A stretch of 64,000 nt of DNA from a bacterium (GTDB taxonomy: Bacteria > SAR324 > NAC60-12): the NCBI GenBank assembly GCA_965209155.1, contig OZ242383.1, forward strand, positions 3,840,001 through 3,904,000, written 5' to 3'. Position numbers and translations under genes: made by a program. Below, piece by piece: positions 8,616 through 19,194 of the stretch. Within the stretch, counting starts at the first letter, position 1. Each line of letters begins with the position of its first letter. The notes under the pieces are model-generated. The model saw only the letters and a program-made list of their open reading frames with translations, was not told where the DNA came from and ran no database searches.

Positions 8616-10034
8616 ATGAAAATGCATATTGGTGGTGAATGGATTGACAAATCGCAGAAGATCGAGGTATTGCACCCCTTTGATGGTTCAGTGATTGATA
8701 CAATACCCAAGGGCGATCTCAGCGATGTAGAAAATGCGCTCACAACTGCTGAGCGCGGAGCCAAAATTATGGCCAATAAAACAGGATACGAGCGCTATGA
8801 GATTTTGCACAATGTTTATCAATTGATGTTGCAACGAACCGAAGAGCTTGCCCGTACGATTACCTTAGAGGAGGGAAAAATCATTGCCGAAGGGCGAATC
8901 GAAGCAACTCGGGCGGCAGAAATTATTTCCCTTTCCGCAGAGGAGGCTAAGCGGCTTTCCAGTGAAGTCGTACCCATGGATGGCGCCCCGGGGATTCAAA
9001 ACAAGTTTGGTTTCACCGTACGCGTACCATGCGGTGTCGTTGTCGGCATCAGCCCCTTCAACTTTCCTCTGCACCTCGTGTGTCACAAGGTAGGGCCGGC
9101 AATTGCAGCCGGAAATGCAATTATTCTGAAACCCGCCACAGACACCCCTTTGTCTGCTTTGAAACTGGTGGAACTTTTTGTAGAGGCAGGTGCGCCGCCT
9201 GAAGCGATTCAATGCTTAACCGGAACTGGTGGAGAGATTGGCGATGCGCTTTGCGTTGACCAACGTGTCAGAAAAATCACATTCACCGGCAGTCGTGATA
9301 TTGGAGAGCGTATCTGTCGCACCGCTGGCATAAAACGGGTGACCATGGAACTGGGCTCCAACTCGCCGCTGATCGTAATGCCCGATGCCGATCCGGAAAA
9401 AGTCGCCCAGGCTGCAGCCGCATCCGGCTTCTCCAATGCAGGACAGGTTTGCATCTCCACTCAACGGGTCATTGCGCACGATGAAATATACGGCGACTTT
9501 CTGGACGCGTTTAAATCGACCGTTGCCGGGATCACAACCGGAGATCCGATGGCAGAGCCGACTAAAATGGGACCAATGATCCGTGAAACGGATGCCATCA
9601 GAGTTGGTGAATGGGTCGAAGAAGCAGTCAAAGACGGTGCTGAGTTGCTCGCAGGCGGTGGACGGAGTGGTCAAATTTATGAACCCACCATCGTCGCGAA
9701 CGTCAAACCGGAAATGCGAATCTCCTGTGACGAGGTCTTTGGACCGGTAGTCGGGGTGACTCGTGTCGGGAATATTGACGATGCCATTGCGCTGGCCAAC
9801 GACTCGAACTATGGCTTGAGTGCCGCCATCTTTACCCAAGATATCGACTGGGCTATGAAGTTCGTGCGTGAGGTAGAATCGGGCAATCTCCATGTCAATT
9901 GGGGAACGCAGTTTCGAGCAGACCTGATGCCCTATGGGGGTGTGAAAGAAAGTGGTATGGGTAAGGAAGGTCCCAAATATGCCGTTGAGGAAATGACCGA
10001 GTTGAAGATGGCTGTTATCCATCTCAGCTCTTAG
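8616..10034 (+). CDS. Aldehyde dehydrogenase family protein
   Basis: PFNFPL, FTGS, MELGSN, AGQVCIS, EVFGP, YGGVKESG. Confidence 0.95.
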   Translation: MKMHIGGEWIDKSQKIEVLHPFDGSVIDTIPKGDLSDVENALTTAERGAKIMANKTGYERYEILHNVYQLMLQRTEELARTITLEEGKIIAEGRIEATRAAEIISLSAEEAKRLSSEVVPMDGAPGIQNKFGFTVRVPCGVVVGISPFNFPLHLVCHKVGPAIAAGNAIILKPATDTPLSALKLVELFVEAGAPPEAIQCLTGTGGEIGDALCVDQRVRKITFTGSRDIGERICRTAGIKRVTMELGSNSPLIVMPDADPEKVAQAAAASGFSNAGQVCISTQRVIAHDEIYGDFLDAFKSTVAGITTGDPMAEPTKMGPMIRETDAIRVGEWVEEAVKDGAELLAGGGRSGQIYEPTIVANVKPEMRISCDEVFGPVVGVTRVGNIDDAIALANDSNYGLSAAIFTQDIDWAMKFVREVESGNLHVNWGTQFRADLMPYGGVKESGMGKEGPKYAVEEMTELKMAVIHLSS

Positions 10035-10041
10035 GTTTGAT

Positions 10042-10075
10042 GCGTAAAACGGGATAAATCCACCCCGTTTTACGC
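10042..10075. terminator. Stem-loop downstream of the aldehyde dehydrogenase gene
   Basis: GCGTAAAACGGG ... CCCGTTTTACGC, 12-bp perfect stem. Confidence 0.55.
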
Positions 10076-10087
10076 GGCTCGAGCGGA

Positions 10088-10316
10088 TCAATCGAAAATT
10101 ATGACACCTCGTTTGAAGCCTCCTTCGTGGCCCAGTACGAGGGGCAATGGTCGCTTAAAGTGTCCTGTGACAAAGTGCCAGTCACTGTGGCAAAGACCGG
10201 CAGCCCCCAAGCGTACCCGTACTTCACCCGGTTGGGGCGGTAATAGATCGACCTCCTCTACTTTAAAAAGGACCTCCAATTTCATGTAATACTGCAGCTT
10301 TAAAAACAAACTCCAT
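10088..10316 (-). pseudogene. N-terminal fragment of a Zn-dependent alcohol dehydrogenase, frameshifted
   Basis: MEFVFKAAVLHEIGGPF, then a frameshift in a T run, then KVEEVDLLPPQPGEVRV...GLCHSD...LGHEG; truncated after that. Confidence 0.8.
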
Positions 10317-10332
10317 TTTTATTGGATCGAAA

Positions 10333-10894
10333 GTCATCACCACCGGCAGAGCCGGTGGCTTGAAGAGGCCCCCAGTATGAGGGCAAAACGTGTTCGTCAT
10401 CGTAAGACGTGCTCGTGCTCGTGAACGAAAAAGGCTGCCATGTTAGATCATGAAAAACTCGATGTATACCAATGTTCCATCGAATTTTTAGCGTTATCTG
10501 TCCAAGTCATCGAAACATTGCCAAAAGGATACTCAGCCTTAGTTGACCAACTGAAAAGGGCCTCATGGTCGATTCCTCTCAATATCGCAGAAGGCTGTGG
10601 AATAAATTCCTTTCCTGACAAGCAACGATTCTATGCATTGGCCCGAGGTTCCGCAATGGAATGCGCTGCTATTCTCGATGTTTTAAACGTGTTGAAGATC
10701 ATCCAGCCTCCTTTATTTGACGAAGGGAAACAGTTACTTCATCGCATTGTTTCTATGTTAACCAAAATGTGCCGTCGAATTCACTGACCGTTCACGAGCA
10801 CGAGCACGGCTAACGGACACGGATACCTTTCTCATGTCTGACCGGCAAAGCCTATTAGGTTCGCACCAGCAGAGCTGGTGGTTTAATGAGATTA
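10333..10894 (-). mobile_element. 562-bp four-helix-bundle element, copy 2
   Basis: Same ends and length as copy 1; TAAT target at 10895-10898 (minus strand). Confidence 0.85.
10440..10787 (+). CDS. Four-helix-bundle protein (IVS/bAvd-like)
   Basis: 115 aa, near-identical to copies 1 and 3. Confidence 0.85.
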   Translation: MLDHEKLDVYQCSIEFLALSVQVIETLPKGYSALVDQLKRASWSIPLNIAEGCGINSFPDKQRFYALARGSAMECAAILDVLNVLKIIQPPLFDEGKQLLHRIVSMLTKMCRRIH

Positions 10895-11009
10895 ATTAAG
10901 GTAAAATTCGATCCTGTTTATATGCCGAAACTAATGCAATAACAAGAGACATCTGTCACTAACCCGAGTGCGACATAAATCTTCAATAATAGGAGTATTC
11001 TGATGTGTA

Positions 11010-11180
11010 TGTCATCCTCGCTAAACTTGTCCCTGCAAAAGCATGGAGCGGTAAGCGGGGATCCAGATTCGTGGATCGCTGCAAAACTCTGGATTCCTGG
11101 TCAAGCCAGGAATAACACATTTATTGAATGCACGGATGGAATCCTGCACCCGGATCAAGTCCGGGATTGCCTGGAATGAC
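11010..11180. repeat. Cluster of REP-like palindromes
   Basis: GGATTCCTGGTCAAGCCAGGAAT and CCCGGATCAAGTCCGGG...GGAATGAC, the same cores found in the MITE copies. Confidence 0.65.
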
Positions 11181-11249
11181 TTGTTTATTCAATCCTTAAT
11201 TTGCGTAATTCTTATAAATTCATCCCATCGTGCAGGTGGGGTTCCGAAT

Positions 11250-13757
11250 TCAGACAATATCCGTACTGGTGATTTCAGTATGTTGGAGTGAAGATTCTTC
11301 TTCCAATTCGGGTCGGTAGAGTGGCTTTTTCACTTTACGCTCAAAATTAACAGCAGGTGTATAAAGGGCCTCTTGTAAAACAGGAGCATTGAAGGAGCGT
11401 GCTATTTGCAATATAGGCGCTTTTCCATAGTCGGTGGTCCGTTGTTGGGCTATTCGTCCGACGGACCGGATCAATTTCTCCATTTCTTCTGGTGAAGTTT
11501 CCTGGCCATGGCGGGCCCCGGCGGCGCGGGTGATGGTTTCATTCATCAAAGTGCCCCCCAAATCATTGACTCCTGCCTGTAAACCAAGCTGAGCTCCTTT
11601 GTGACCCAGTTTGGTCCAAGAGGCTTGGATACTTTGTATGTGGGGATGTAAAACCAGACGAGACACGGCATGGATCAAAAGGGCTTCCCGAAAGGTAGGA
11701 CCTTTTCGGGCGCGACCTTTGAGGTAAATGGGGGCTTCCATATGAATGAACGGCAATGGGACCATTTCCGTGAACCCGCCGGTTCGTTTTTGTAAGGCTC
11801 GTAAGCGGAGCAAATGCCGGGCCCAATGGAGATAGTTCTCAATGTGTCCAAACATGATAGTGGCCGTGGTTTTAATTCCCAGTTCATGTGCCGTTTCCAT
11901 GACTTTGAACCATTGACTGGTATTGATTTTATCGGGACAGAGAGTGGTTCTCACTTCATCATCCAGAATTTCCGCTGCTGTTCCAGGTAAAGTTCCCAAA
12001 CCCGCATCTCGCAAGCGAATTAAAAATGCTTCAATACCAATCCCGAGGGTATGCGCTCCTTGCCAGATTTCCAAAGGAGAAAAGGCATGGATGTGAATTT
12101 CCGGAACCGCATGTTTTATGGCATGACAAATTTCGATATAAGTTTGCCCTGAATACTCCGGGTGAATTCCGCCTTGCAAACAAACTTCCGTTGCTCCGCG
12201 TTCCCAGGCTTCACGAGTACGGCGCATAATCTCCTCGAGGGTGAGATTGTATGGACGTCCCCTCAAATTTTCGCTCATCCTACCTTTGGAAAAGGCGCAA
12301 AACTGACAGCGGAAATAGCAGACATTGGTGTAGTTTATATTACGGTTGACAACGTAGGTTACTTTCTCCCCCATCACTTGCTGACGAAGATTATCGGCCG
12401 CCCTGCAAACATGGGCAAAATCCGAGCTCCTTGCTTCAAAAAGATGGACGATTTCTCTTTCTGACAAATCTTCTCCCTGGATTGCCTTTACGAGAATGTT
12501 TTGAATGCTGTCACTTGGCGAGGAGTAGGTACCTTGTTTTAGTATATGCACTTCACTGCGAGGAGGCTCAACCACCACTCCCGCTGACCAGTCCTCGGTA
12601 CGGGCAAATCCCTGTCCATCCGTCATTCGCAATACTGCAGTCACCATGTCGGGTTCCAGCCATTGTCCCGCAGATTTTGCGTATTCGGGATAAATGGCAA
12701 GGCGCTCCAATAAGAATTTACCGGCCCTTGCCGTTTCATTTCGCAAGGTCTTCAAATGGGGCCAGGGAGCTTCCGGATTGACAAAATCCGGGGTAACCGG
12801 TGAAACCCCACCCCAATCATTGATACCGGCCGCAATGATTTTTGGGAGCACTCCGGGATTCAAATTGGGTGGGGCCTGGATGTTCATTTCAGCGCCAAAA
12901 AGGATCCTCGTCACTGCCACTGTCCAAAGCATTTCCGATAAATCGGGTTCTGGAGCCTTCGCCATTCGCGTATTGGCTTTGGCGCGGAAATTCTGAATAA
13001 TTATTTCCTGGATATGACCATATTGCTGATGCAAATTTCTCAAATTCAGTATCGATTCAATTCGTTCTTGCCGGGTTTCCCCGATTCCTATGAGAATCCC
13101 GGAAGTAAAAGGAATGGATGCTTCACCTGCCATGCGGATGGTTTCGATGCGTCTGGCAGGAATTTTGTCCGGAGATCCATAGTGTGGTCCCCCTTTTCGA
13201 CCGAGGCGAGTTGAGATGGTTTCAAGCATAATTCCCATAGAAACGGATTTTTTCTTCAAAGTTTCCAAATCCTCGAGTGTCATCAATCCCGGATTCAAAT
13301 GTGGTAGCAAACCGGTTTCCTTGAAAACCAGTTCCGACATTTCGGCCAGATAGGAAAGCGTGGTTTCATGTCCCAACTCTTTCAGAGCGTCTCGTGCTGT
13401 TTTGTATTGCAGTTCCGGTTTGTCTCCCAAAGTAAAAAGCGCTTCTTTGCATCCGGCGTTTCTGCCATCCTCCGCAATTTTGAGAACGTCTTCGGGGGAG
13501 AGATAGGGAGATTTCAATTTACGGGGTCTCTGGGCAAATGTGCAATAATGGCAAACATCCCGACATAGCCGGGTGAGAGGGATAAAAACTTTGCGTGAAT
13601 AGGAAATACGATCGTGGTGTTGTTGGTCTCTCAGTACCCCTGCGGTTTCAAGTAAAAGAGGAGACAATTCAGTTTTGGATAATATTCTCCCCTCCACATC
13701 GTTCAGTATTTTTCCCGACATTGCCTTTTCGAGCAACGACTTAATTTCAGAATCCAT
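11250..13757 (-). CDS. fbiC: Bifunctional FO synthase (CofG-CofH fusion)
   Basis: Two radical SAM motifs, CRDVCHYC and CYFRCQFCAF; start MDSEIK at 13757 after an RBS. Confidence 0.95.
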   Translation of the reverse strand: MDSEIKSLLEKAMSGKILNDVEGRILSKTELSPLLLETAGVLRDQQHHDRISYSRKVFIPLTRLCRDVCHYCTFAQRPRKLKSPYLSPEDVLKIAEDGRNAGCKEALFTLGDKPELQYKTARDALKELGHETTLSYLAEMSELVFKETGLLPHLNPGLMTLEDLETLKKKSVSMGIMLETISTRLGRKGGPHYGSPDKIPARRIETIRMAGEASIPFTSGILIGIGETRQERIESILNLRNLHQQYGHIQEIIIQNFRAKANTRMAKAPEPDLSEMLWTVAVTRILFGAEMNIQAPPNLNPGVLPKIIAAGINDWGGVSPVTPDFVNPEAPWPHLKTLRNETARAGKFLLERLAIYPEYAKSAGQWLEPDMVTAVLRMTDGQGFARTEDWSAGVVVEPPRSEVHILKQGTYSSPSDSIQNILVKAIQGEDLSEREIVHLFEARSSDFAHVCRAADNLRQQVMGEKVTYVVNRNINYTNVCYFRCQFCAFSKGRMSENLRGRPYNLTLEEIMRRTREAWERGATEVCLQGGIHPEYSGQTYIEICHAIKHAVPEIHIHAFSPLEIWQGAHTLGIGIEAFLIRLRDAGLGTLPGTAAEILDDEVRTTLCPDKINTSQWFKVMETAHELGIKTTATIMFGHIENYLHWARHLLRLRALQKRTGGFTEMVPLPFIHMEAPIYLKGRARKGPTFREALLIHAVSRLVLHPHIQSIQASWTKLGHKGAQLGLQAGVNDLGGTLMNETITRAAGARHGQETSPEEMEKLIRSVGRIAQQRTTDYGKAPILQIARSFNAPVLQEALYTPAVNFERKVKKPLYRPELEEESSLQHTEITSTDIV

Positions 13758-13803
13758 TTCTTTCCTTTCATTTTGACAAAACTCGACGTCGACTTTAGTT
13801 TGA

Positions 13804-14766
13804 TTACCGGGAATTCTCAAGCAATTGATCCGCAAAGTCCAAAGTCTTGTTTGCCAGCCTTATGCGATCTGCAAGAGTCTTCATTATCGTATTGGTGATT
13901 GTCACTGCCATGCCAAGCGTTTCGATTTCTTCAACCAGATTTTTATCTTGCGTGTCCAAGATAAATCCATCGAGAAAATCCTGATAATGACGGGCCACCG
14001 TTGTTGCTGAAACCGACATTCCCAACTCTTTCAACATTTTCGCGGTCGGACCTTTGATGGCTTGATTTCGGACAATCGGAGTGACTGCAACGATGGGGAC
14101 GGCAGTGCTTTGAAAAATCGTTCGTATACCGGGAAGGGACAATACCGGATCAATGCTGATGTATGGATTGGAGGGACATATCATGATGACCACCAGACTG
14201 GGATCTTTTAATATTTGTTGAAAAGGGGCACTCGTTTGCGCTTTTTCGATACCTTGAAATTGAAACCCGCTAACAATGGGTCGACAGCGCTCCCTGACAA
14301 AATATTGCTGAAACGAGAGTTGTTCGCCACCCACGGTATCGACCAAGGTGGCTACCGTGTCATCGGTCATCGGTATAATTGAATGTTGCACTCCCATTCG
14401 ACGACACAGATAACGAGTGACCTCGGTCAAACTCCGGCCTTCTGATAGGAGTCGGGTGCGTATGACATGAGTAGCCATATCCCGGTCACCCAGCTGAAAC
14501 CAGGTTTCGCCTCCCAAAGAGTTCAATGCCTCCATGAAGTTCCAGCTTTCTCCCGCCAATCCCCACCCCTGATTTTGGTTGTTGCGATTTGCCAGTGTGT
14601 ACATCAAGGTGTCCAGGTCTGGTGAAATGCGCAATCCCAGGTGTTCAAAATCATCTGCCGTATTGCCGACCACCGTCAGTTGAGTCGGGTCCAGGATTTT
14701 TGAGAATCCCAGAACCAATTTGGCTCCTCCCACACCCCCGGAAATAGCAAGGTATTTTTTTTTCAT
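13804..14766 (-). CDS. cofD: 2-phospho-L-lactate transferase
   Basis: SGGVGGAKL, ISPDLDTLMY, WFQLGDRD, PSNPYISI, KGPTAKM. Confidence 0.95.
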   Translation of the reverse strand: MKKKYLAISGGVGGAKLVLGFSKILDPTQLTVVGNTADDFEHLGLRISPDLDTLMYTLANRNNQNQGWGLAGESWNFMEALNSLGGETWFQLGDRDMATHVIRTRLLSEGRSLTEVTRYLCRRMGVQHSIIPMTDDTVATLVDTVGGEQLSFQQYFVRERCRPIVSGFQFQGIEKAQTSAPFQQILKDPSLVVIMICPSNPYISIDPVLSLPGIRTIFQSTAVPIVAVTPIVRNQAIKGPTAKMLKELGMSVSATTVARHYQDFLDGFILDTQDKNLVEEIETLGMAVTITNTIMKTLADRIRLANKTLDFADQLLENSR

Positions 14767-14898
14767 AAGGACACTTCAATGATGCTGAAAGAAACTACTC
14801 TCCTTTTTTAAGTCCCTTTCTCCTGGAAGGAGGAGGTTGAGGGGGGAGAGAAAGGCTGTTTGGCCACCCTGTGGCAATGCAAAACAACCGAATCAGGA

Positions 14899-15675
14899 TC
14901 AGCGAAACAAATCTTGATCTTTGGGACGTAGCAGTGGTTTGATTCCCTTGAGTCTATCGTCTTCCGGCTCCGACGATTGATAACCCCGTACCAGCACGAT
15001 TGGGGTTTTCTCATCTTTCTGCCCCATCAACAACGAGGCGCCAGCGGCCATTTCATCCGCTGTTGCCACCTCTGTCACTTGCAATTCTCGCTCAAAAAGA
15101 TCCCGGCCGCCGATAAGATTTTCCAGTGGCGTGAATCCTGACACTCCAATGGCCAGTCCTTGCAGACCATTGCGCCATGCGCGTCCGCTGGTATCACTGA
15201 TGATCACTCCCAATTGAACGCCGAAACAACTTTCCAACCCCTCCCTCAGTCTGCGAGCGCTGGCGTCCGGATCATAGGGTAAAAGCAGCACGGGTTCCGT
15301 TTCAGGATCGGATGCGATGTTGGAACGATCCACTCCGGCGTTGGCATGCACAAATCCCAAGCGATGTTCTACGATTAACACGCCAGGCTTTTTACGCACA
15401 ACTTCTTTCGATTCAGAGAGAATGACATGAACATGACGTGGGTCCTTTTGCACTTCTTCAGCAAGTGCGATTGCTTCCACAGAAGGTTTTATATCTGCCA
15501 GAAAGACATAGCGGTCTTCCGCTTTGGAAACAATCTTCTGAGCAACCACCAGCACATCATGTTCCTGCAACGATTCGCCTGACTGACTGAGAGCATTCTC
15601 GATTGTGGAGACCAAATTGTCACCCGGCTCAATCAGAGGGATTCCAGGAATGGCGGAAAAAACGAGTTTCCTCAT
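14899..15675 (-). CDS. cofE: Coenzyme F420-0:L-glutamate ligase
   Basis: PLIEPGD, KIVSKAE, ANAGVDRSN, SDTSGRAWR. Confidence 0.95.
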   Translation of the reverse strand: MRKLVFSAIPGIPLIEPGDNLVSTIENALSQSGESLQEHDVLVVAQKIVSKAEDRYVFLADIKPSVEAIALAEEVQKDPRHVHVILSESKEVVRKKPGVLIVEHRLGFVHANAGVDRSNIASDPETEPVLLLPYDPDASARRLREGLESCFGVQLGVIISDTSGRAWRNGLQGLAIGVSGFTPLENLIGGRDLFERELQVTEVATADEMAAGASLLMGQKDEKTPIVLVRGYQSSEPEDDRLKGIKPLLRPKDQDLFR

Positions 15676-15681
15676 GAAAAA

Positions 15682-16911
15682 TCAGTTCTGATACTTGCGT
15701 AACTCCTGCCTGGCAACAACCATCCGGTGGACTTCATCCGGCCCATCTGCCAGTCTCAACGTGCGAGCGCTGGCCCACATCCGTGCAAGCGGTGTCCATT
15801 GAGAAACTCCAGTCCCGCCATACATTTGAATGGCGCGATCGATGATTTTCAGAGTAATATTGGGAACGTAGACTTTGATTTGAGAAATATAGGTTCTCGC
15901 TTCTTTATTGCCATATAAATCCATCACGCGCGCCGCTTTCAAAGTGAGCAAACGGGCGGTTTCGATTTCTATTCTCGAATCCGCTACTACGTCGTAGTTT
16001 CCTCCCAATTTGACCAATTCTCTACCAAATCCAATTCGTGACAACCCTCGTTTGCAGAGAAGTTCCAACGCTTTTTCCGCCTGACCGATCAAACGCATGC
16101 AATGGTGGATTCGGCCGGGACCCAAACGACCCTGGGAAATTTCAAATCCTCGTCCCGGACCAAGAATAATATTGTCTTTGGGTACGCGAACGTTGTTGAA
16201 GCGCAGGTGCATGTGTCCATGAGGCGCGTCATCGTTGCCAAAAACATGCATGCATCCCAACGTTTCGATGCCCTCAGTATCCCGCGGAACCAGGATTTGC
16301 GACTGCCTGGAATGCCGAGGCGCATCCGGATTGGTTTGCACCATGCAGATGAGGATTTTGCAGCGGGGATCTCCGGCGCCTGATGCGAAATATTTTTCCC
16401 CATTGATCACCCATTCGTCCCCTTGCAGTTCCGCACGTGTAGAAATATTGGTCGCATCGGAAGACGCAACATTGGGTTCGGTCATGGCAAAACTGGAACG
16501 AATTTCTCCATTCATCAAAGGTTTCAACCATTTTTCTTTCTGCGCATCTGTTCCAAAACGCTCCAGAACTTCCATATTGCCCGTATCGGGCGCAGCGCAA
16601 TTGAAAACTTCCGGCGCCAGTTTGCTCATCCCCATCTGCTCCGCCAGGTAAGCGTAATCCAAATTGGAAATCCTTGGAGCCCCGGGATAAGATGCGTTGG
16701 GTAGGAAAAAATTCCACAGCCTTTCCTCCTTCGCCCTGGTTTTCAACCCTTCCAGTATTTCAGTCATGCGGGCAGTAAATTTCCATCGGTCTCCATCTTT
16801 ACCGATTTCGCCGTGAAATTCCTCCTCCAGAGGCTCAATTTCATCGTGAATGAAATTTTTCACCTTCTCTAAAATGGGTTTGTATTCTTCCGATAATTGC
16901 AAATTATTCAT
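15682..16911 (-). CDS. Acyl-CoA dehydrogenase
   Basis: APDTGNMEVL, FAMTEP, RLGPGRIHHCMR, RLADGPDEVH. Confidence 0.95.
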   Translation of the reverse strand: MNNLQLSEEYKPILEKVKNFIHDEIEPLEEEFHGEIGKDGDRWKFTARMTEILEGLKTRAKEERLWNFFLPNASYPGAPRISNLDYAYLAEQMGMSKLAPEVFNCAAPDTGNMEVLERFGTDAQKEKWLKPLMNGEIRSSFAMTEPNVASSDATNISTRAELQGDEWVINGEKYFASGAGDPRCKILICMVQTNPDAPRHSRQSQILVPRDTEGIETLGCMHVFGNDDAPHGHMHLRFNNVRVPKDNIILGPGRGFEISQGRLGPGRIHHCMRLIGQAEKALELLCKRGLSRIGFGRELVKLGGNYDVVADSRIEIETARLLTLKAARVMDLYGNKEARTYISQIKVYVPNITLKIIDRAIQMYGGTGVSQWTPLARMWASARTLRLADGPDEVHRMVVARQELRKYQN

Positions 16912-16975
16912 AGTTTCACTCCCTCAAAGATATGATTTCTGATTCGTCTTTCTGGAAAAAAATTGGTATAAAGTT

Positions 16976-18769
16976 TTATCTGGATCCCCGGATGCTTGCA
17001 AAATTCTGGTTTTTTCTTTTGACCAGTACTTCCTTTCTCAGCTTTAGCTTATGAATTTTCTGGGTTCCCGTACGTGGTAAGCGCTCGATATGGAATTCAA
17101 AATACTCGGGAATTTTAAAATGCGCGAGTCTTTCTCTCAGAAAGACTTTGAGTGTCGCACCATCTGCGGGTTCACCTGGATTCAAGAACACGACTGCATA
17201 AACCACTTCTCCGAGACGTTCATCCGGTATGCCAAATACAGCGGTTTCTAAAACTGACTCGTGTTCATAAATTGCGGCTTCCACCTCCTGGCAACTGATG
17301 TTTTCTCCTCCTCGAATTATAATATCTTTGATTCGATCCACAATATAAATGAAGCCTTCTTCATCCAGATAACCGACATCCCCGGTTCGGAACCATCCAT
17401 CATGAAATGCTCGTGCAGTGGCTTCCGCTTGCTTCCAATAACCTCTTGCATTGGTTGGTGATTTGAAAAGGATTTCCCCAGACTCTCCGACAGCGACCTC
17501 TCGGTTATTTTCATCGACAATTTTAATTGCCCCTAAGGGATGTAATCTACCCACACTTTCGGGTTTTCCTACATAGTTCAAACCATGGTTGGTCGAACCC
17601 AACCCATTGGTTTCGGTCAGTCCCCATGCCGTACCAGCCAAATGACCAGGGATTTTCTCCTCAAACTGCTTGACATGGGCAGGCGGACGGGCAGCCCCCG
17701 ATCCGATGATAGTGGACAGACTGGACAGATCATATTTTTGTAAATTGGGAGAACGTAACATTTCCCAGGACATCGTTGGTACTCCATTGAAAAAGGTGAT
17801 ACGCTCTTTTTGAATCAACTCCATAGCTTTTTCTGCATCCCATTTATGCATCATCACGATTTTTGCTCCGAAATAAAAAGCTAATAGAAACTGACCGTGG
17901 CAGGCGGAAACGTGGAACAGGGGGGTGGTCATCAATGCAGCGGGAGCATAGCTTGAAGTTTCATTATTAATCAGGTTCACGCCATCCTGAATGGCTTTGG
18001 CTTGAGAGAAGACTTTCCAGGCAGTCAAGGTCAACACAACCGCTTGGTGAGTCGAGATGACCCCCTTGGGATAGCCGGTTGAACCGGATGTGTACATCAA
18101 TATCGCATCCTCATCGGGAGCGATTGGGATTTCAGGGAAAGGCGTCACCTCGCCGGCCGACTCACACGATGTTGTGGTATCGATAGTGCGGGAATCCTCG
18201 CAATATCCGGCTACTAAATGTTCATATTGCCAAACATGTCCGGGCAACCTGATTTCAGATCTCACTGCAATCACCCGAATATTTTTTTGAATCACCAAAG
18301 ATTTCAGACGCTCGAGCCGATCTTGATCGGCAATCACTAACACGCTTCCGCTGTCTTCTAATCCATACTCCAATTCAGAGGAAGTCCACCAAGCATTCAT
18401 AGGCACTGCCACTGCACCAATTGAAGTAATTGCCATAAAACTGACTATCCATTCTGGATAATTGCGCATGGCAATTGCCACACGATCGCCTTTTTGAATC
18501 GAAAATTGTTCGAGAAGCACTTGACAAAATAAAGCTACCTTTTCTCCTATTTGCCCATAAGACCAGCGATAATCTTCGTAAACCAGACAAGGCTGCTCCT
18601 CAAATTCTTCCAGACAACGCAGATAAAGCTCTCTCAAGGAAATGCAATAATTTTTAAAAACAGGATAGCGGACTCCGCGAATTTCCTTCTCCACTACAGC
18701 AAATTCCGCAGTCGGAGCCGTTAATTCCGCTAAAGCTTCTTCATAGATTTTATACATATTTTCAAGCAT
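16976..18769 (-). CDS. Long-chain fatty acid--CoA ligase (AMP-binding)
   Basis: YTSGSTGYPKG, WGLTE, RTGD, RGGENI. Confidence 0.9.
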   Translation of the reverse strand: MLENMYKIYEEALAELTAPTAEFAVVEKEIRGVRYPVFKNYCISLRELYLRCLEEFEEQPCLVYEDYRWSYGQIGEKVALFCQVLLEQFSIQKGDRVAIAMRNYPEWIVSFMAITSIGAVAVPMNAWWTSSELEYGLEDSGSVLVIADQDRLERLKSLVIQKNIRVIAVRSEIRLPGHVWQYEHLVAGYCEDSRTIDTTTSCESAGEVTPFPEIPIAPDEDAILMYTSGSTGYPKGVISTHQAVVLTLTAWKVFSQAKAIQDGVNLINNETSSYAPAALMTTPLFHVSACHGQFLLAFYFGAKIVMMHKWDAEKAMELIQKERITFFNGVPTMSWEMLRSPNLQKYDLSSLSTIIGSGAARPPAHVKQFEEKIPGHLAGTAWGLTETNGLGSTNHGLNYVGKPESVGRLHPLGAIKIVDENNREVAVGESGEILFKSPTNARGYWKQAEATARAFHDGWFRTGDVGYLDEEGFIYIVDRIKDIIIRGGENISCQEVEAAIYEHESVLETAVFGIPDERLGEVVYAVVFLNPGEPADGATLKVFLRERLAHFKIPEYFEFHIERLPRTGTQKIHKLKLRKEVLVKRKNQNFASIRGSR

Positions 18770-19194
18770 TGGCCTTTTTTCTTTGCATCACTATTCGAGA
18801 AAGGTCATAAAATGACATGCCTCAGGATTCCCGGTCAAGATATGAATGATATTACTGGAAATAAGTCAGTTGATTCTCGTAATAAAGCAAATTGACTAAC
18901 AAGAGCCCCTGGAGATGTCAAGCAGGAAAATTTCAATCTCGAATCAGACTAAGGACCAAAAAGACAAAAAAGACGATGCGTTATCGAGTCTATATCAGTT
19001 GTCCCTCTACCCTTGCAGATAAATTGCATTCTGATATAAAAGTTATGTCTGTTTGTATTATACAATTCCGTTACCTGTAAAAATGGGTAACCAAACTGAG
19101 CAGTAACGGAGTTTTTATTCATATAATATCAAAGAGTTAATCAAAGAGAAAAAACTCAGCTACCCCTCACCTAACTAAACTAAGGAGAATAAAA

